DNA from: a virus
Length of the DNA stretch: 64,000 nt
IMG/VR virus record: IMGVR_UViG_3300045988_115217
Reading direction: 5' to 3' (one strand)
In this document: piece by piece, positions 37,834 through 46,451 of the stretch
Layout: the number at the start of each line of letters is the position of its first letter
Position numbering within the stretch: the stretch's first letter is position 1
The notes under the pieces: model-generated
What the model was told of the DNA's origin: nothing
Database searches by the model: none
What the model saw: the letters and a program-made list of their open reading frames with translations, nothing else
Program-made: the position numbers and the translations under genes

Positions 37834-38112
37834 GTAGGAAGCGTTATAGATGGCTTACTTATGTATTGTAGAAAGACAAGGCGGTTTACTACATGTAGCC
37901 GCCTTTCTTGTTACCATTTTATGCCATTTTGGTAACAAAAAAATTGGTAACATAACTTTCAGATTGTTACTTTAGCAAAGTTTAACTCTAAAAAGTTGCC
38001 CAAAATTATTCATTTTGAGCAAAAATTGTTTATTTTTACATCATTTTCCTTATTATTAAGAATGAGGAACTAAGAATAAATAATAAACACAAAAACAAAA
38101 GGAGAAGAATTT

Positions 38113-38664
38113 ATGACTAAAGAGGAAGAAGATGAAGTCCATCGGTTAGTTCAATCAGTCGGTGTTGTACAGTTGTCAAGAGTAATGTTTAAGGGTATGG
38201 ACGTTAGCGAAATGATTAACGTAATTATCCTTGCAGGTAGAGGCTACAGCGTGAAGCTACTCACTTGGTTCAAGCATTATTGTGAAGTGATGCCTCTGTT
38301 TATCATGCTTTTTCATATTGCATGCATGGTAACATTTGCGTCTCATGAAAAAGAAATGTGCGTATGGTTTAAGGAGAATTGGGTATCGGCAGCATTTATC
38401 TATTTTTCCGTTTACATCCATCCGCTTGTGCTTATAATTGCGAGCAGATTCTTTTGGCTCTGCTACAGATGGCGTATTCCGATGATCATCTACCTATTTG
38501 GGATAAATGCTATTCATATCGTATACTGGAATGTTTTTACCACCAACGAAATGGTGGAAGCTAATGTTGTAATACTTGTAATGACCATTATATTTTATGT
38601 ATATGGTTTTGCCGATAAGTATTTCTCAGGCAAGGGCTGTCAAAGTTTAATCTCTAGATTATAA
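38113..38664 (+). CDS. multi-pass membrane protein (183 aa)
   Basis: Four or five hydrophobic helices. First gene after a 343-bp non-coding gap. Confidence 0.45.
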   Translation: MTKEEEDEVHRLVQSVGVVQLSRVMFKGMDVSEMINVIILAGRGYSVKLLTWFKHYCEVMPLFIMLFHIACMVTFASHEKEMCVWFKENWVSAAFIYFSVYIHPLVLIIASRFFWLCYRWRIPMIIYLFGINAIHIVYWNVFTTNEMVEANVVILVMTIIFYVYGFADKYFSGKGCQSLISRL

Positions 38665-38668
38665 TGAT

Positions 38669-39013
38669 ATGGGAAAGTTATTTGGTTATCACACCTTGGG
38701 AGTGTTATTAAAATCGTTGTCTGACTCTTGCTTTCGAGCAGACGAGCAAGAGAAGAGAGGGGAGAAGGTAACTGCTTGCGGAATGAGCAGCGATGAGATA
38801 GAAGACCTTTGTGAGAACTATCTGCCGTATGCTCTTAACCCTATGTTGAGCACCGAGGAGGTCAAGGAGAGGCTGCACGTTTCTGATGCTACACTCAATC
38901 GTATGGTTGCAAGGGGCGATATTCCGAACGGAGAATGCAAGAAGCGTGGGCACTCCCGATATTGGAAGAAGTGGGATATACTACACTACATAAAAAGCAA
39001 GAGAGGTAAGTGA
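38669..39013 (+). CDS. HTH (excisionase/AlpA-like) DNA-binding protein
   Basis: LSTEEVKERLHVSDATLNRMVARGDIP helix-turn-helix. Confidence 0.5.
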   Translation: MGKLFGYHTLGVLLKSLSDSCFRADEQEKRGEKVTACGMSSDEIEDLCENYLPYALNPMLSTEEVKERLHVSDATLNRMVARGDIPNGECKKRGHSRYWKKWDILHYIKSKRGK

Positions 39014-39028
39014 TTACCTCTCTTTTTT
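39000..39028 (+). terminator. rho-independent terminator
   Basis: AGAGAGGTAA-GTGA-TTACCTCTCT hairpin followed by a T-run, overlapping the stop codon. Confidence 0.7.
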
Positions 39029-39125
39029 GTTATTTATGACACTACCTACTATCACCTTAAACTACTGATAATCAACCACTAAAAGAAAGTGTGATAGAGT
39101 TATATTTGCTCTCCCCTATTCTTTG

Positions 39126-39133
39126 TACCTTTG
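39126..39133 (+). promoter_or_regulatory. -7 box TACCTTTG (second promoter class)
   Basis: TTCTTTGTACCTTTGCATCAGTAA is nearly identical to 60097-60120. Confidence 0.5.
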
Positions 39134-39192
39134 CATCAGTAACGTTACAATAGTGTTAGTTAATATTAAGGATAACTTAAAAAGATTGTATC

Positions 39193-39918
39193 ATGGAGAT
39201 GACAGATGCAAAAGTAGTAGAGAAGAAAATCTACGAAGAGGGAAAGAAGCACGATGATTATGCTTCTAAGGCAACAGGTAATGCTGGTCTTACCCTTGGT
39301 ATCATCGGCACAGCACTCGGTGCTGGTGCTTGGTTGCTTGGCGGTAACAACCGCAGTGTGTTTGGTTCACTCGGTGGCAGCAATATGCCTGAGAACGTGA
39401 ATATCAACGCCTATGGGGCTAACGCAAGTTCAAATCAGCCAACTGCCTTGCAGGTCATGGAGAAGGAATGCGATGATGAGGTGAAGTTGCTTACCTACAT
39501 GTTCGGTATGAAGCTCGACACCGCTAACAAGTTCTACGCTATGCGAGAGACAGACATCGCTGAGAAGTTCTCTATGTATAAGGGTGCTAACGATGCTATC
39601 AACGCCGAGAACCGCCGTGCAATGCAGGCTGAGTTCGGTCTTTACAAGTCTCAGGTTGATGCGGACTTCGGTCTGTACAAGAATCAGAGAGACCAGTACG
39701 ATGCGTTGCAAGCAAAGTATAGCGACCTCGACAAGAAGGTAGCCGTTATGGAAGCCCTCACTCCTTACAAGGAGAAGCTGATGATGGCTTACGTGAACGA
39801 GAAGTGCTGCCGCAAGATTGATGGTCAGCTTGTGCTCCCTTCTACGCCAGTAGTTACTGGTTACGGCAGTTACGGCTGTAATTGCACCGCTCCTTCAACT
39901 CCCACTACAGGAGCGTAA
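39193..39918 (+). CDS. hypothetical protein with an N-terminal TM segment (241 aa)
   Basis: GLTLGIIGTALGAGAWLLGG hydrophobic segment, a coiled middle and a Cys/Thr/Pro-rich C-terminus. Confidence 0.45.
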   Translation: MEMTDAKVVEKKIYEEGKKHDDYASKATGNAGLTLGIIGTALGAGAWLLGGNNRSVFGSLGGSNMPENVNINAYGANASSNQPTALQVMEKECDDEVKLLTYMFGMKLDTANKFYAMRETDIAEKFSMYKGANDAINAENRRAMQAEFGLYKSQVDADFGLYKNQRDQYDALQAKYSDLDKKVAVMEALTPYKEKLMMAYVNEKCCRKIDGQLVLPSTPVVTGYGSYGCNCTAPSTPTTGA

Positions 39919-40041
39919 CAGAGCAGTAAGGAAGTCTGTAAAAAGGACTAAGAAAAAATGAGTTGGTGAGGGGTGTTTGCCCTCGTTGGCGGATGCCCTC
40001 TCACCTCTCTATAATATATCACCAACTTAAAGATATTGATT

Positions 40042-40533
40042 ATGATGAATTTCGGAAACAGCCCATTATTGGATATGGGTACAAGTCAGCAGCAGCCGCA
40101 GATGATGGATGCCGAGCTACAGAAGATGTATGAGGCGATACAGCAGAAGCGAGCATCTATCAATATGCAAGCGCAGCAGTCACCCACACCACTCTGGGAT
40201 GAGATTGATAAGATTGAGGACAATCTTACAGGCGCACAACGTCAGTACTTGATGCAAAATCAGGAATACGTCAATAGCTTGCAATATGTGTCAAAGCTCG
40301 TACAAGACGAGGAATTGCGCATCATACGCCCTCGCATTGAGAGTACTCAGCAAGGACAGGAAGCATTGAAGAAACATTTGTCTTTGATGCAGCGTTTGAG
40401 AAAAGAAGTAGCGCAAGCAGAGGAACAAAAATCTGCTATGCTTAACGACTACATGACAAATCATAGCGACAAAACTTGGCAAGAGTATCTCGCTATGGTT
40501 CAAGGGACAAAGAAGGGAGGAACTAAGAAATGA
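40042..40533 (+). CDS. hypothetical Q-rich coiled-coil protein
   Basis: I take the ATG at 40042 rather than the track's TTG at 40036. Confidence 0.45.
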   Translation: MMNFGNSPLLDMGTSQQQPQMMDAELQKMYEAIQQKRASINMQAQQSPTPLWDEIDKIEDNLTGAQRQYLMQNQEYVNSLQYVSKLVQDEELRIIRPRIESTQQGQEALKKHLSLMQRLRKEVAQAEEQKSAMLNDYMTNHSDKTWQEYLAMVQGTKKGGTKK

Positions 40534-40961
40534 ATGTAACAGAATTGAAAGAGAAACTGCTTACATCGCTTGACTTGTGGGCAGACGCAAGAATTAGCGA
40601 TATGGTGAAGGAAAACCCTGCATTGGCTATTCCTTCCGTGTATATGAAGCGAGCTTCACATAACATCATTGCAAAGCACAAGGATAGCTGGGGCAAGAGC
40701 ATTGACAACGCTACCCTATTCATTGCCGATGAAAACGGGAACATAGATGCCAACACGATATTTGAAGATATGATGCAGATGCTAAAATCCGTGGAAGATT
40801 ACAAATTCGATGTGGGTTTTATTCACGGACATATCGACAAAGGAGTTGTGTCTATTGACCTGCCAGATGGAATTGCCACTGCTATCCTATTTGGAAGCAA
40901 GCGAAGCATCAACTTCACAGAGGAGGACTTTGTAGAGTTGAAAGATTTGATAATAGCTTAA
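40530..40961 (+). CDS. hypothetical protein (143 aa)
   Basis: 4-nt overlap with the upstream gene. Confidence 0.45.
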   Translation: MNVTELKEKLLTSLDLWADARISDMVKENPALAIPSVYMKRASHNIIAKHKDSWGKSIDNATLFIADENGNIDANTIFEDMMQMLKSVEDYKFDVGFIHGHIDKGVVSIDLPDGIATAILFGSKRSINFTEEDFVELKDLIIA

Positions 40962-40974
40962 AAATATATAAGAT

Positions 40975-41481
40975 ATGGAAGCAAAAGACATTATGAGCAA
41001 GTTTGATGAGCTGTATGGAATGATGGCTTCATCAGCAAACGTAAAGTACATGCACGTATTCGGAAACACGATGCGCTGCATGATGAAGGATATGGCTGCA
41101 AAGCACCCAGAGTTGGCGCAAGAGTATCTTGATGAGTTGTGTGCAATCAAGTGGAAGAACTATCTAACAAAAAACGAGGTTTCTGAGATTATAAACGAAA
41201 TGAATCCTCCAGCAACTTGGAGTAAACAAAATTGGCTTGATGTGATGGAGAAACTCGGTTATCCATTAGAAGATAAGCCTTATTATAATGATTATGCCTT
41301 ATATGTCGCAATGAACCAGGTTGTAAGTGACCATGGTGAAACAATTGCATCTATCCTTAACAAGGATTCTATTGCATTGGTAGAACCTACAGAACTTGCC
41401 AAATATGCTTACAAATTAGCATTAGACCTTCTTAAAGATAAGGATGGGGTGTATGATATAAGAGAGTACTTTTTAAAATAG
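40975..41481 (+). CDS. hypothetical protein (168 aa)
   Basis: ORF followed by the terminator at 41503. Confidence 0.45.
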   Translation: MEAKDIMSKFDELYGMMASSANVKYMHVFGNTMRCMMKDMAAKHPELAQEYLDELCAIKWKNYLTKNEVSEIINEMNPPATWSKQNWLDVMEKLGYPLEDKPYYNDYALYVAMNQVVSDHGETIASILNKDSIALVEPTELAKYAYKLALDLLKDKDGVYDIREYFLK

Positions 41482-41502
41482 AAATACAGTTTTATCATTC
41501 CT

Positions 41503-41540
41503 AAAGAGAGACTTTTTAATAGGTCTCTCTTTATTTGTTT
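41503..41540 (+). terminator. rho-independent terminator
   Basis: AAAGAGAGAC / GTCTCTCTTT stem followed by a T-rich run. Confidence 0.65.
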
Positions 41541-41583
41541 ACAGCCAATATCATTATTTCTTTAAATATTCACTTTTAAAAGC

Positions 41584-41591
41584 TATCTTTG
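41584..41591 (+). promoter_or_regulatory. -7 box TATCTTTG
   Basis: Matches TAnnTTTG, 16 nt before ATG 41607, in a CTTTGCATCA context. Confidence 0.5.
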
Positions 41592-41606
41592 CATCAAAAA
41601 TAAAAT

Positions 41607-42152
41607 ATGGTAGGACAAGTAGGAAATACAGGTACAAGAGCGGCAGGGATGATGCTATTCGGGGATGAGTTGAGTTGTATGTTACTCGATACCCGATGGA
41701 TGCTTATTGCTATCGTTCTACTTATAATCGCTGACTATCGCTTTGGTTGTGAAGAAAGTAGCCTTCGTCATAAAAATGCTTTAGAAAGCAAAAATCCTCT
41801 GCTTGCTGATAGATATGAATTCAGAGCATCACGAGCGAGACGTAGAACTGCAAATAAATTTGTGGATTACCTTATCTATATAATGGTAGGTGTAGCACTT
41901 GGTAGAGCGTTATTGCCGCCACTCAATATTGATTATATATGGGGAGGATGGGTTGTTACTGCATTTATTGCGGCAAGAATAGAAATCCCAAGCATAGTAG
42001 GACATTTCTTATTTGCTCGTGGTGTGTCGGTCGAGAAGAAAACAATAACGGGCTTCGTTAAAGCCTTTGTCGTAGCCCTTGCAAAATCTAAGAGCGAAGG
42101 TGTTGGCGATGCTTTAGAAGAAGGATTTAAAGCGACGGAGGGTAAAAAATGA
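41607..42152 (+). CDS. holin-like membrane protein
   Basis: Three or four hydrophobic segments. Overlaps the lysozyme gene start by 4 nt. Confidence 0.4.
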   Translation: MVGQVGNTGTRAAGMMLFGDELSCMLLDTRWMLIAIVLLIIADYRFGCEESSLRHKNALESKNPLLADRYEFRASRARRRTANKFVDYLIYIMVGVALGRALLPPLNIDYIWGGWVVTAFIAARIEIPSIVGHFLFARGVSVEKKTITGFVKAFVVALAKSKSEGVGDALEEGFKATEGKK

Positions 42153-42703
42153 AAGTAACAAAGGAACAAATGAAAGCCATCATGCCGAATGCTGGAGAAA
42201 GGATTGATATATATCTTCCTTATATCAACGATTACGCAGATGCTTTCAATATCAGTACGCCTATACGCATGGCTAATTTCCTTGCGCAAGTGGCTCACGA
42301 AACCGCAGAGTTGGTACATTTACGAGAAATCGGTAATGCTGACTACTGCCATAAATATGAGGTTGGTAAGCTCGCAAAGATGTTGGGTAACACCCAGAAA
42401 GGTGACGGCTACAGATATAAAGGTCGTGGCTTTTTACATTTAACAGGAAGGGCGAATTATAAAGCTTACACGAACTCAAAGTACTGCAAAGGTGATGTTG
42501 TAGCAGAGCCAAAGCTCTTGGAGCAACCGAGAGGAGCAGTAAAAAGCGGTATGTGGTTTTGGCTAATGAAAGGACTGAATGCTTTAGCTGACAAAAATGA
42601 CATTATTGCTATAACAAAGAAAATTAATGGTGGAACTAACGGCTTGACGAGCAGAACCAAATATTGGAAGAGAGCTTTGAAAGCCTTTAATATAACAACA
42701 TAG
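42149..42703 (+). CDS. glycoside hydrolase family 19 lysozyme/chitinase-like endolysin
   Basis: ANFLAQVAHETAEL...YKGRGFLHLTGRANY is the GH19 (COG3179) signature. Confidence 0.8.
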   Translation: MKVTKEQMKAIMPNAGERIDIYLPYINDYADAFNISTPIRMANFLAQVAHETAELVHLREIGNADYCHKYEVGKLAKMLGNTQKGDGYRYKGRGFLHLTGRANYKAYTNSKYCKGDVVAEPKLLEQPRGAVKSGMWFWLMKGLNALADKNDIIAITKKINGGTNGLTSRTKYWKRALKAFNITT

Positions 42704-42706
42704 CTT

Positions 42707-43288
42707 ATGAAAAGGATTAGAGATTTGTTTTATTGTTTGTCGATTTCAATGCTTCTGTTTCTTATGACGCAGATAGTTATCGGATGTACGGCTACCCCGA
42801 AGGTGGTTACCCGACAGACTTACGTTAAAGAAAAGCGGTCAAACTTGGATTCGATATTCAATGCCCGATTTTTAGCAACACTCGAACTTTATCAAAGAAA
42901 GCAGAGTGAACTGAAAGAAACGAGCAAGTCAGAAACAAACCATATCAGAGATAGCACTTCTGTAACGGTTGATAAAGAAGGAAATATAATAAGAAAAGAT
43001 AAATATCACTACGAAAGTCATAACTACTCTGAGAGCTTTGTACAAAAGCTTAGAGACAGCATTTCTTGCTACAAAGCATATAAGGATAGTCTAAGCAAAT
43101 ATCGACTCAAAATCGATTCCTTAGATAATATTAAACAGGATTCTGTGCCATATCCTATATATATACAAAAACCAATGAGTAGAATAGATGCTATGTTCTT
43201 AAATTTTGGTAAAGATATAGCTATATTCGTAGTGGGTTTCATAATAGGAATTATTATTTTGATGACAAAAAAGAAGAAAAAGACATAA
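42707..43288 (+). CDS. lipoprotein with a C-terminal TM anchor (u-spanin-like)
   Basis: Signal peptide with lipobox VIGC, plus a C-terminal hydrophobic helix followed by KKKKK. Lies directly after the endolysin. Confidence 0.5.
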   Translation: MKRIRDLFYCLSISMLLFLMTQIVIGCTATPKVVTRQTYVKEKRSNLDSIFNARFLATLELYQRKQSELKETSKSETNHIRDSTSVTVDKEGNIIRKDKYHYESHNYSESFVQKLRDSISCYKAYKDSLSKYRLKIDSLDNIKQDSVPYPIYIQKPMSRIDAMFLNFGKDIAIFVVGFIIGIIILMTKKKKKT

Positions 43289-43350
43289 ATTTTTTGATTG
43301 TTCTTAGTTTTCAATAGGTTATGTTTAAGTAAAAGATTGTTAGGATAACA

Positions 43351-43388
43351 AAGGCGGTTACTCGTGAAGAGCAGCCGCCTTATTTTTT
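43351..43388. terminator. hairpin between convergent operons
   Basis: AAGGCGG / CCGCCTT stem, a loop containing CTCGTGAAG, and a following T-run. Confidence 0.65.
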
Positions 43389-43974
43389 AGTACTTCTTGC
43401 CTCCGTGATGATATTCACGAGTTTCGTTATAGCGCATCTTTAAGTTGATATGTTGAACGAGGTCGATATTTAATGCTTCTGCCCATTCAAAAATACTATC
43501 CAATGCATATAAACAACAAGAGAGCAAAGTCACTTTATTGTTCTTATTATTAATAATATCAATAATACGCTCTGTTACACAGAAAGCTACTCCAGTAAAA
43601 GTTAAATCGGTATAGCATGATGGTTGAATTTTTATATCCGATTTAACTTTAAGGTAGTTTACTCCCATAAAATCAAACAGGCGAATACAAATATCAGCAA
43701 TCTCGCTCTCAACTTTCCCATCTATGTTTTGTCTATAGAAACGTTCTACCAAACCTCCGTGATGGTCGTTTGCAAGCACACATTTAAGTCCGCTTTTATC
43801 TAAATCATCCATCCATCTGCCTTTGCGGTCAGCTTGTATCGCTTCGGATACCTCGATTATAATCATCATTAACCAATGGATTGTTGGCTTTTTCTCTTCG
43901 TGCCAACCATGACTAACGGCGTTTTTAAATGCACGTTCTATCCATTCATTTATTTGCTTTCCTTCTATTACCAT
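43387..43974 (-). CDS. MazG-like nucleotide pyrophosphohydrolase
   Basis: IIEVSEAIQADRKG and ESEIADICIRL fit the MazG EExxE/A pattern. Confidence 0.5.
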   Translation of the reverse strand: MVIEGKQINEWIERAFKNAVSHGWHEEKKPTIHWLMMIIIEVSEAIQADRKGRWMDDLDKSGLKCVLANDHHGGLVERFYRQNIDGKVESEIADICIRLFDFMGVNYLKVKSDIKIQPSCYTDLTFTGVAFCVTERIIDIINNKNNKVTLLSCCLYALDSIFEWAEALNIDLVQHINLKMRYNETREYHHGGKKY

Positions 43975-43976
43975 AA

Positions 43977-44117
43977 TTATCTGTATTTATGCTTATCACA
44001 CCAATCCCAACAATTTGTACCTTCTTCTTTGTTGCAGCAAATGCCTTCTCCGTAAACACTTTCATTAGAGAACGAAATACAATTACCACAACAAGGCTCT
44101 TCATTTTCTTTCTTCAT
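43977..44117 (-). CDS. small Cys-rich protein (46 aa)
   Basis: Hand translation gives MKKENEEPCCGNCISF...CWDWCDKHKYR. Below the ORF-track cutoff. Confidence 0.3.
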   Translation of the reverse strand: MKKENEEPCCGNCISFSNESVYGEGICCNKEEGTNCWDWCDKHKYR

Positions 44118-44232
44118 GCAAATAACGTTTTATTGATTTACGCAATAACTTATTTTCCTCTGTAAGCAATCTAACTTCTTCTCGTAGCTGCTCTATGGTA
44201 TGCAAATAAGATATTTCTTCAAGAGTTTTCAT
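44101..44232 (-). CDS. small coiled-coil protein (43 aa)
   Basis: Hand translation gives MKTLEEISYLHTIEQLREEVRLLTEENKLL... ATGA overlap with the MBL gene stop. Confidence 0.3.
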   Translation of the reverse strand: MKTLEEISYLHTIEQLREEVRLLTEENKLLRKSIKRYLHEERK

Positions 44233-44963
44233 TTTATCAACTCCAATGAGAATCCTTTCTTCGCAACGTGAACCGCTTTACCAGTAGCTTTTGCTACCTC
44301 AGAAGAGAATAATTCGGCATCGCCATTATTTGCACTCATGTGAATAAGTACAATTGCTTTTGTTTTCTCTAATCTATTTTCCTTCAAGCAATTTAAGCAC
44401 CTTTGTAAGCTCATGTGAGTAGCCTTTGCTCTGATGCCAACTTTTTTAGGGATAACGCCCTCTTTTATACTCTTTTCAACCAACGAATCGGTATGATTAC
44501 ATTCGATAAGAATATAATCGAGCGGAAAAGATAACTTATATTTGATATGATGGCTATCCGTAAGAAAAAGCATATCTCCCATATCGGGATGATAAATGAT
44601 AAAACCGCAAGGTTCTTTGGTGTCGTGAACAGTATCGAAAGCCTTTATAACGAAGTTACCAATACGAAACTCTTTAAGCATCGGTATGGCATTGTAATGA
44701 AAATCCTCTTCCTTAATCTTCTTTTCTTCCAAAGTTCCTTTGGTTGCAAAGATGTTGAAAGGTCGTGCATACTGACGAATAAACCCTGCGTGGTCGCCGT
44801 GGCTATGAGTAATCAAGCAACCAACAACCTTTTTAAGATTTCCTCCAAGTGCTTCTACGGCATCTTTTAAGGGCATTCCGCATTCTATGATAAGTGCTTC
44901 GTCATCATTCTGTAGGATATACCCATTACCAGAACTTCCGCTACCTAATGTAATTAATTGCAT
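44229..44963 (-). CDS. metallo-beta-lactamase-fold hydrolase
   Basis: ITHSHGDHAG (HxHxDH) motif. Lies next to the recombinase. Confidence 0.75.
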   Translation of the reverse strand: MQLITLGSGSSGNGYILQNDDEALIIECGMPLKDAVEALGGNLKKVVGCLITHSHGDHAGFIRQYARPFNIFATKGTLEEKKIKEEDFHYNAIPMLKEFRIGNFVIKAFDTVHDTKEPCGFIIYHPDMGDMLFLTDSHHIKYKLSFPLDYILIECNHTDSLVEKSIKEGVIPKKVGIRAKATHMSLQRCLNCLKENRLEKTKAIVLIHMSANNGDAELFSSEVAKATGKAVHVAKKGFSLELIK

Positions 44964-45018
44964 ATTCTATACTTTTATATATATAGGAGAGAGATTTCTC
45001 CCTCTCCTATATATCATT

Positions 45019-45855
45019 CTACTGCTGTTGCTTAAATATATCAGGCATTTCCTGCTTACCCATCGGCTGAGCTTTAGGCTTGGTTTGAGCCGCATTTTTT
45101 GCGGTCTGGGCGGTTTTCTGCTCATCACTTGGGGAATTATCAGCAGCCCTATTTTCTTCCTTATTCTCGCCGTTATTCATATCGAGCGACTGAGTATTGG
45201 CTTGCTGTTCCTCTTGCTGCTGAGCTTGTGCGAGCTTCTCTTCGGCAGAAAGCTGCTCAGTAGAGGTATTAGTAACAGAAATCTCTTCATAATCGGCATC
45301 TTCTGCCTCATCTTTCGTCTGAAAGCCCATCATTATACCTGGGTCGGTCGTTCTGATAAACCAAGAAGCGGAACGATAACGAAGCATCAATTCTGGGATA
45401 TTCTTCCATTTAGGGTTACGGGAATACCAACCTTCATCCTTTGCCATCTGAATTGTTACGACAGGACCTTTCTTTACCTCTCCTGTTTTTACCTCTATGG
45501 CGTAAGCGTACATACCCCAATTATCCTTGCCTCTTTCGCCAACTTCCGCATAACTAAGCGTTGAGTATTTGCCCGTTGCGTTAAAGCAAGCAATAGCAAA
45601 CTTTGCTTCAAAGGTAGGAGTACCATGAACGGCTACGAGGTTCTGTAAAACCATCAAAGGGTCAGCATTCATGCGAATAGCCATATTAAGACCAATCAAA
45701 CAGTTACCAATGTTTCCCTTGTAGGCATCAGGTACAAATGAAGATTGAGTAAATACTTTTGCGATTCTCTGCCCTGCTTCAAAACCTTCAATAGAGCCAA
45801 AGATGTTAATACCTTTCTGTGGCTGAATTACAGCCAATTCTTTTGTTTCTTCCAT
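45019..45855 (-). CDS. recT: RecT-family single-strand annealing protein
   Basis: LIGLNMAIRMNADP..., W...IPELMLRYRSASWFIR and an acidic/Q-rich tail. I place the start at MEETKEL (45855), not the track start of 45960. Confidence 0.55.
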   Translation of the reverse strand: MEETKELAVIQPQKGINIFGSIEGFEAGQRIAKVFTQSSFVPDAYKGNIGNCLIGLNMAIRMNADPLMVLQNLVAVHGTPTFEAKFAIACFNATGKYSTLSYAEVGERGKDNWGMYAYAIEVKTGEVKKGPVVTIQMAKDEGWYSRNPKWKNIPELMLRYRSASWFIRTTDPGIMMGFQTKDEAEDADYEEISVTNTSTEQLSAEEKLAQAQQQEEQQANTQSLDMNNGENKEENRAADNSPSDEQKTAQTAKNAAQTKPKAQPMGKQEMPDIFKQQQ

Positions 45856-45859
45856 AATT

Positions 45860-46429
45860 TTAATTTTTAAATTTCCATTTATAACCACCTGACGATTTAG
45901 ATTGCCCATCAATACAATGATATATGGCAAAAACTGAAACGTTTGCAAATGAAGCAGCATCTTTCATCGTCAAAAATTCTTTTATAAATTCCCCTTCCTT
46001 AGAAAGACATATAACAGGCTTAGATTTTGCTAAAGATATATTTTTCTTTCTCTCTTCGCTCATTATATATTTTTCTCTATGCTTTCCAGTTTGTCCGTCA
46101 GAAATATGCAAACGAGTTAATGGGTTATTTGAATTTTCTGAATGAGTTACCCATCTTAAATTAGAAACCTTATTATTAAAAGGATTCGTATCAATATGGT
46201 CTATACATGGTTTATTATGCGGATTAGGAATGAAAGCATTCGCAACAAGTCTATGAACACATACAGTTTTTTCTATCCCTTTACGAGTAAGACAAACGGT
46301 ATAATAGCGTTGCTTTTGCAATTTAAATAATTTACCACAATTTTTACCACATATAATTCTTACATTTCCCATATTGCTAACTTCATAAAGTTTTTCGTAC
46401 CCAATAACAGGTTTCCATATTTCTTCCAT
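45860..46429 (-). CDS. HNH homing endonuclease (NUMOD4 + HNH_3 + NUMOD1-like)
   Basis: EEIWKPVIGYEKLYEVSNMGNVR (NUMOD4) and HRLVANAF...IDHID...NLRWVTHSEN (HNH). Confidence 0.8.
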   Translation of the reverse strand: MEEIWKPVIGYEKLYEVSNMGNVRIICGKNCGKLFKLQKQRYYTVCLTRKGIEKTVCVHRLVANAFIPNPHNKPCIDHIDTNPFNNKVSNLRWVTHSENSNNPLTRLHISDGQTGKHREKYIMSEERKKNISLAKSKPVICLSKEGEFIKEFLTMKDAASFANVSVFAIYHCIDGQSKSSGGYKWKFKN

Positions 46430-46451
46430 ATTATCTTATCTATACGATTTA

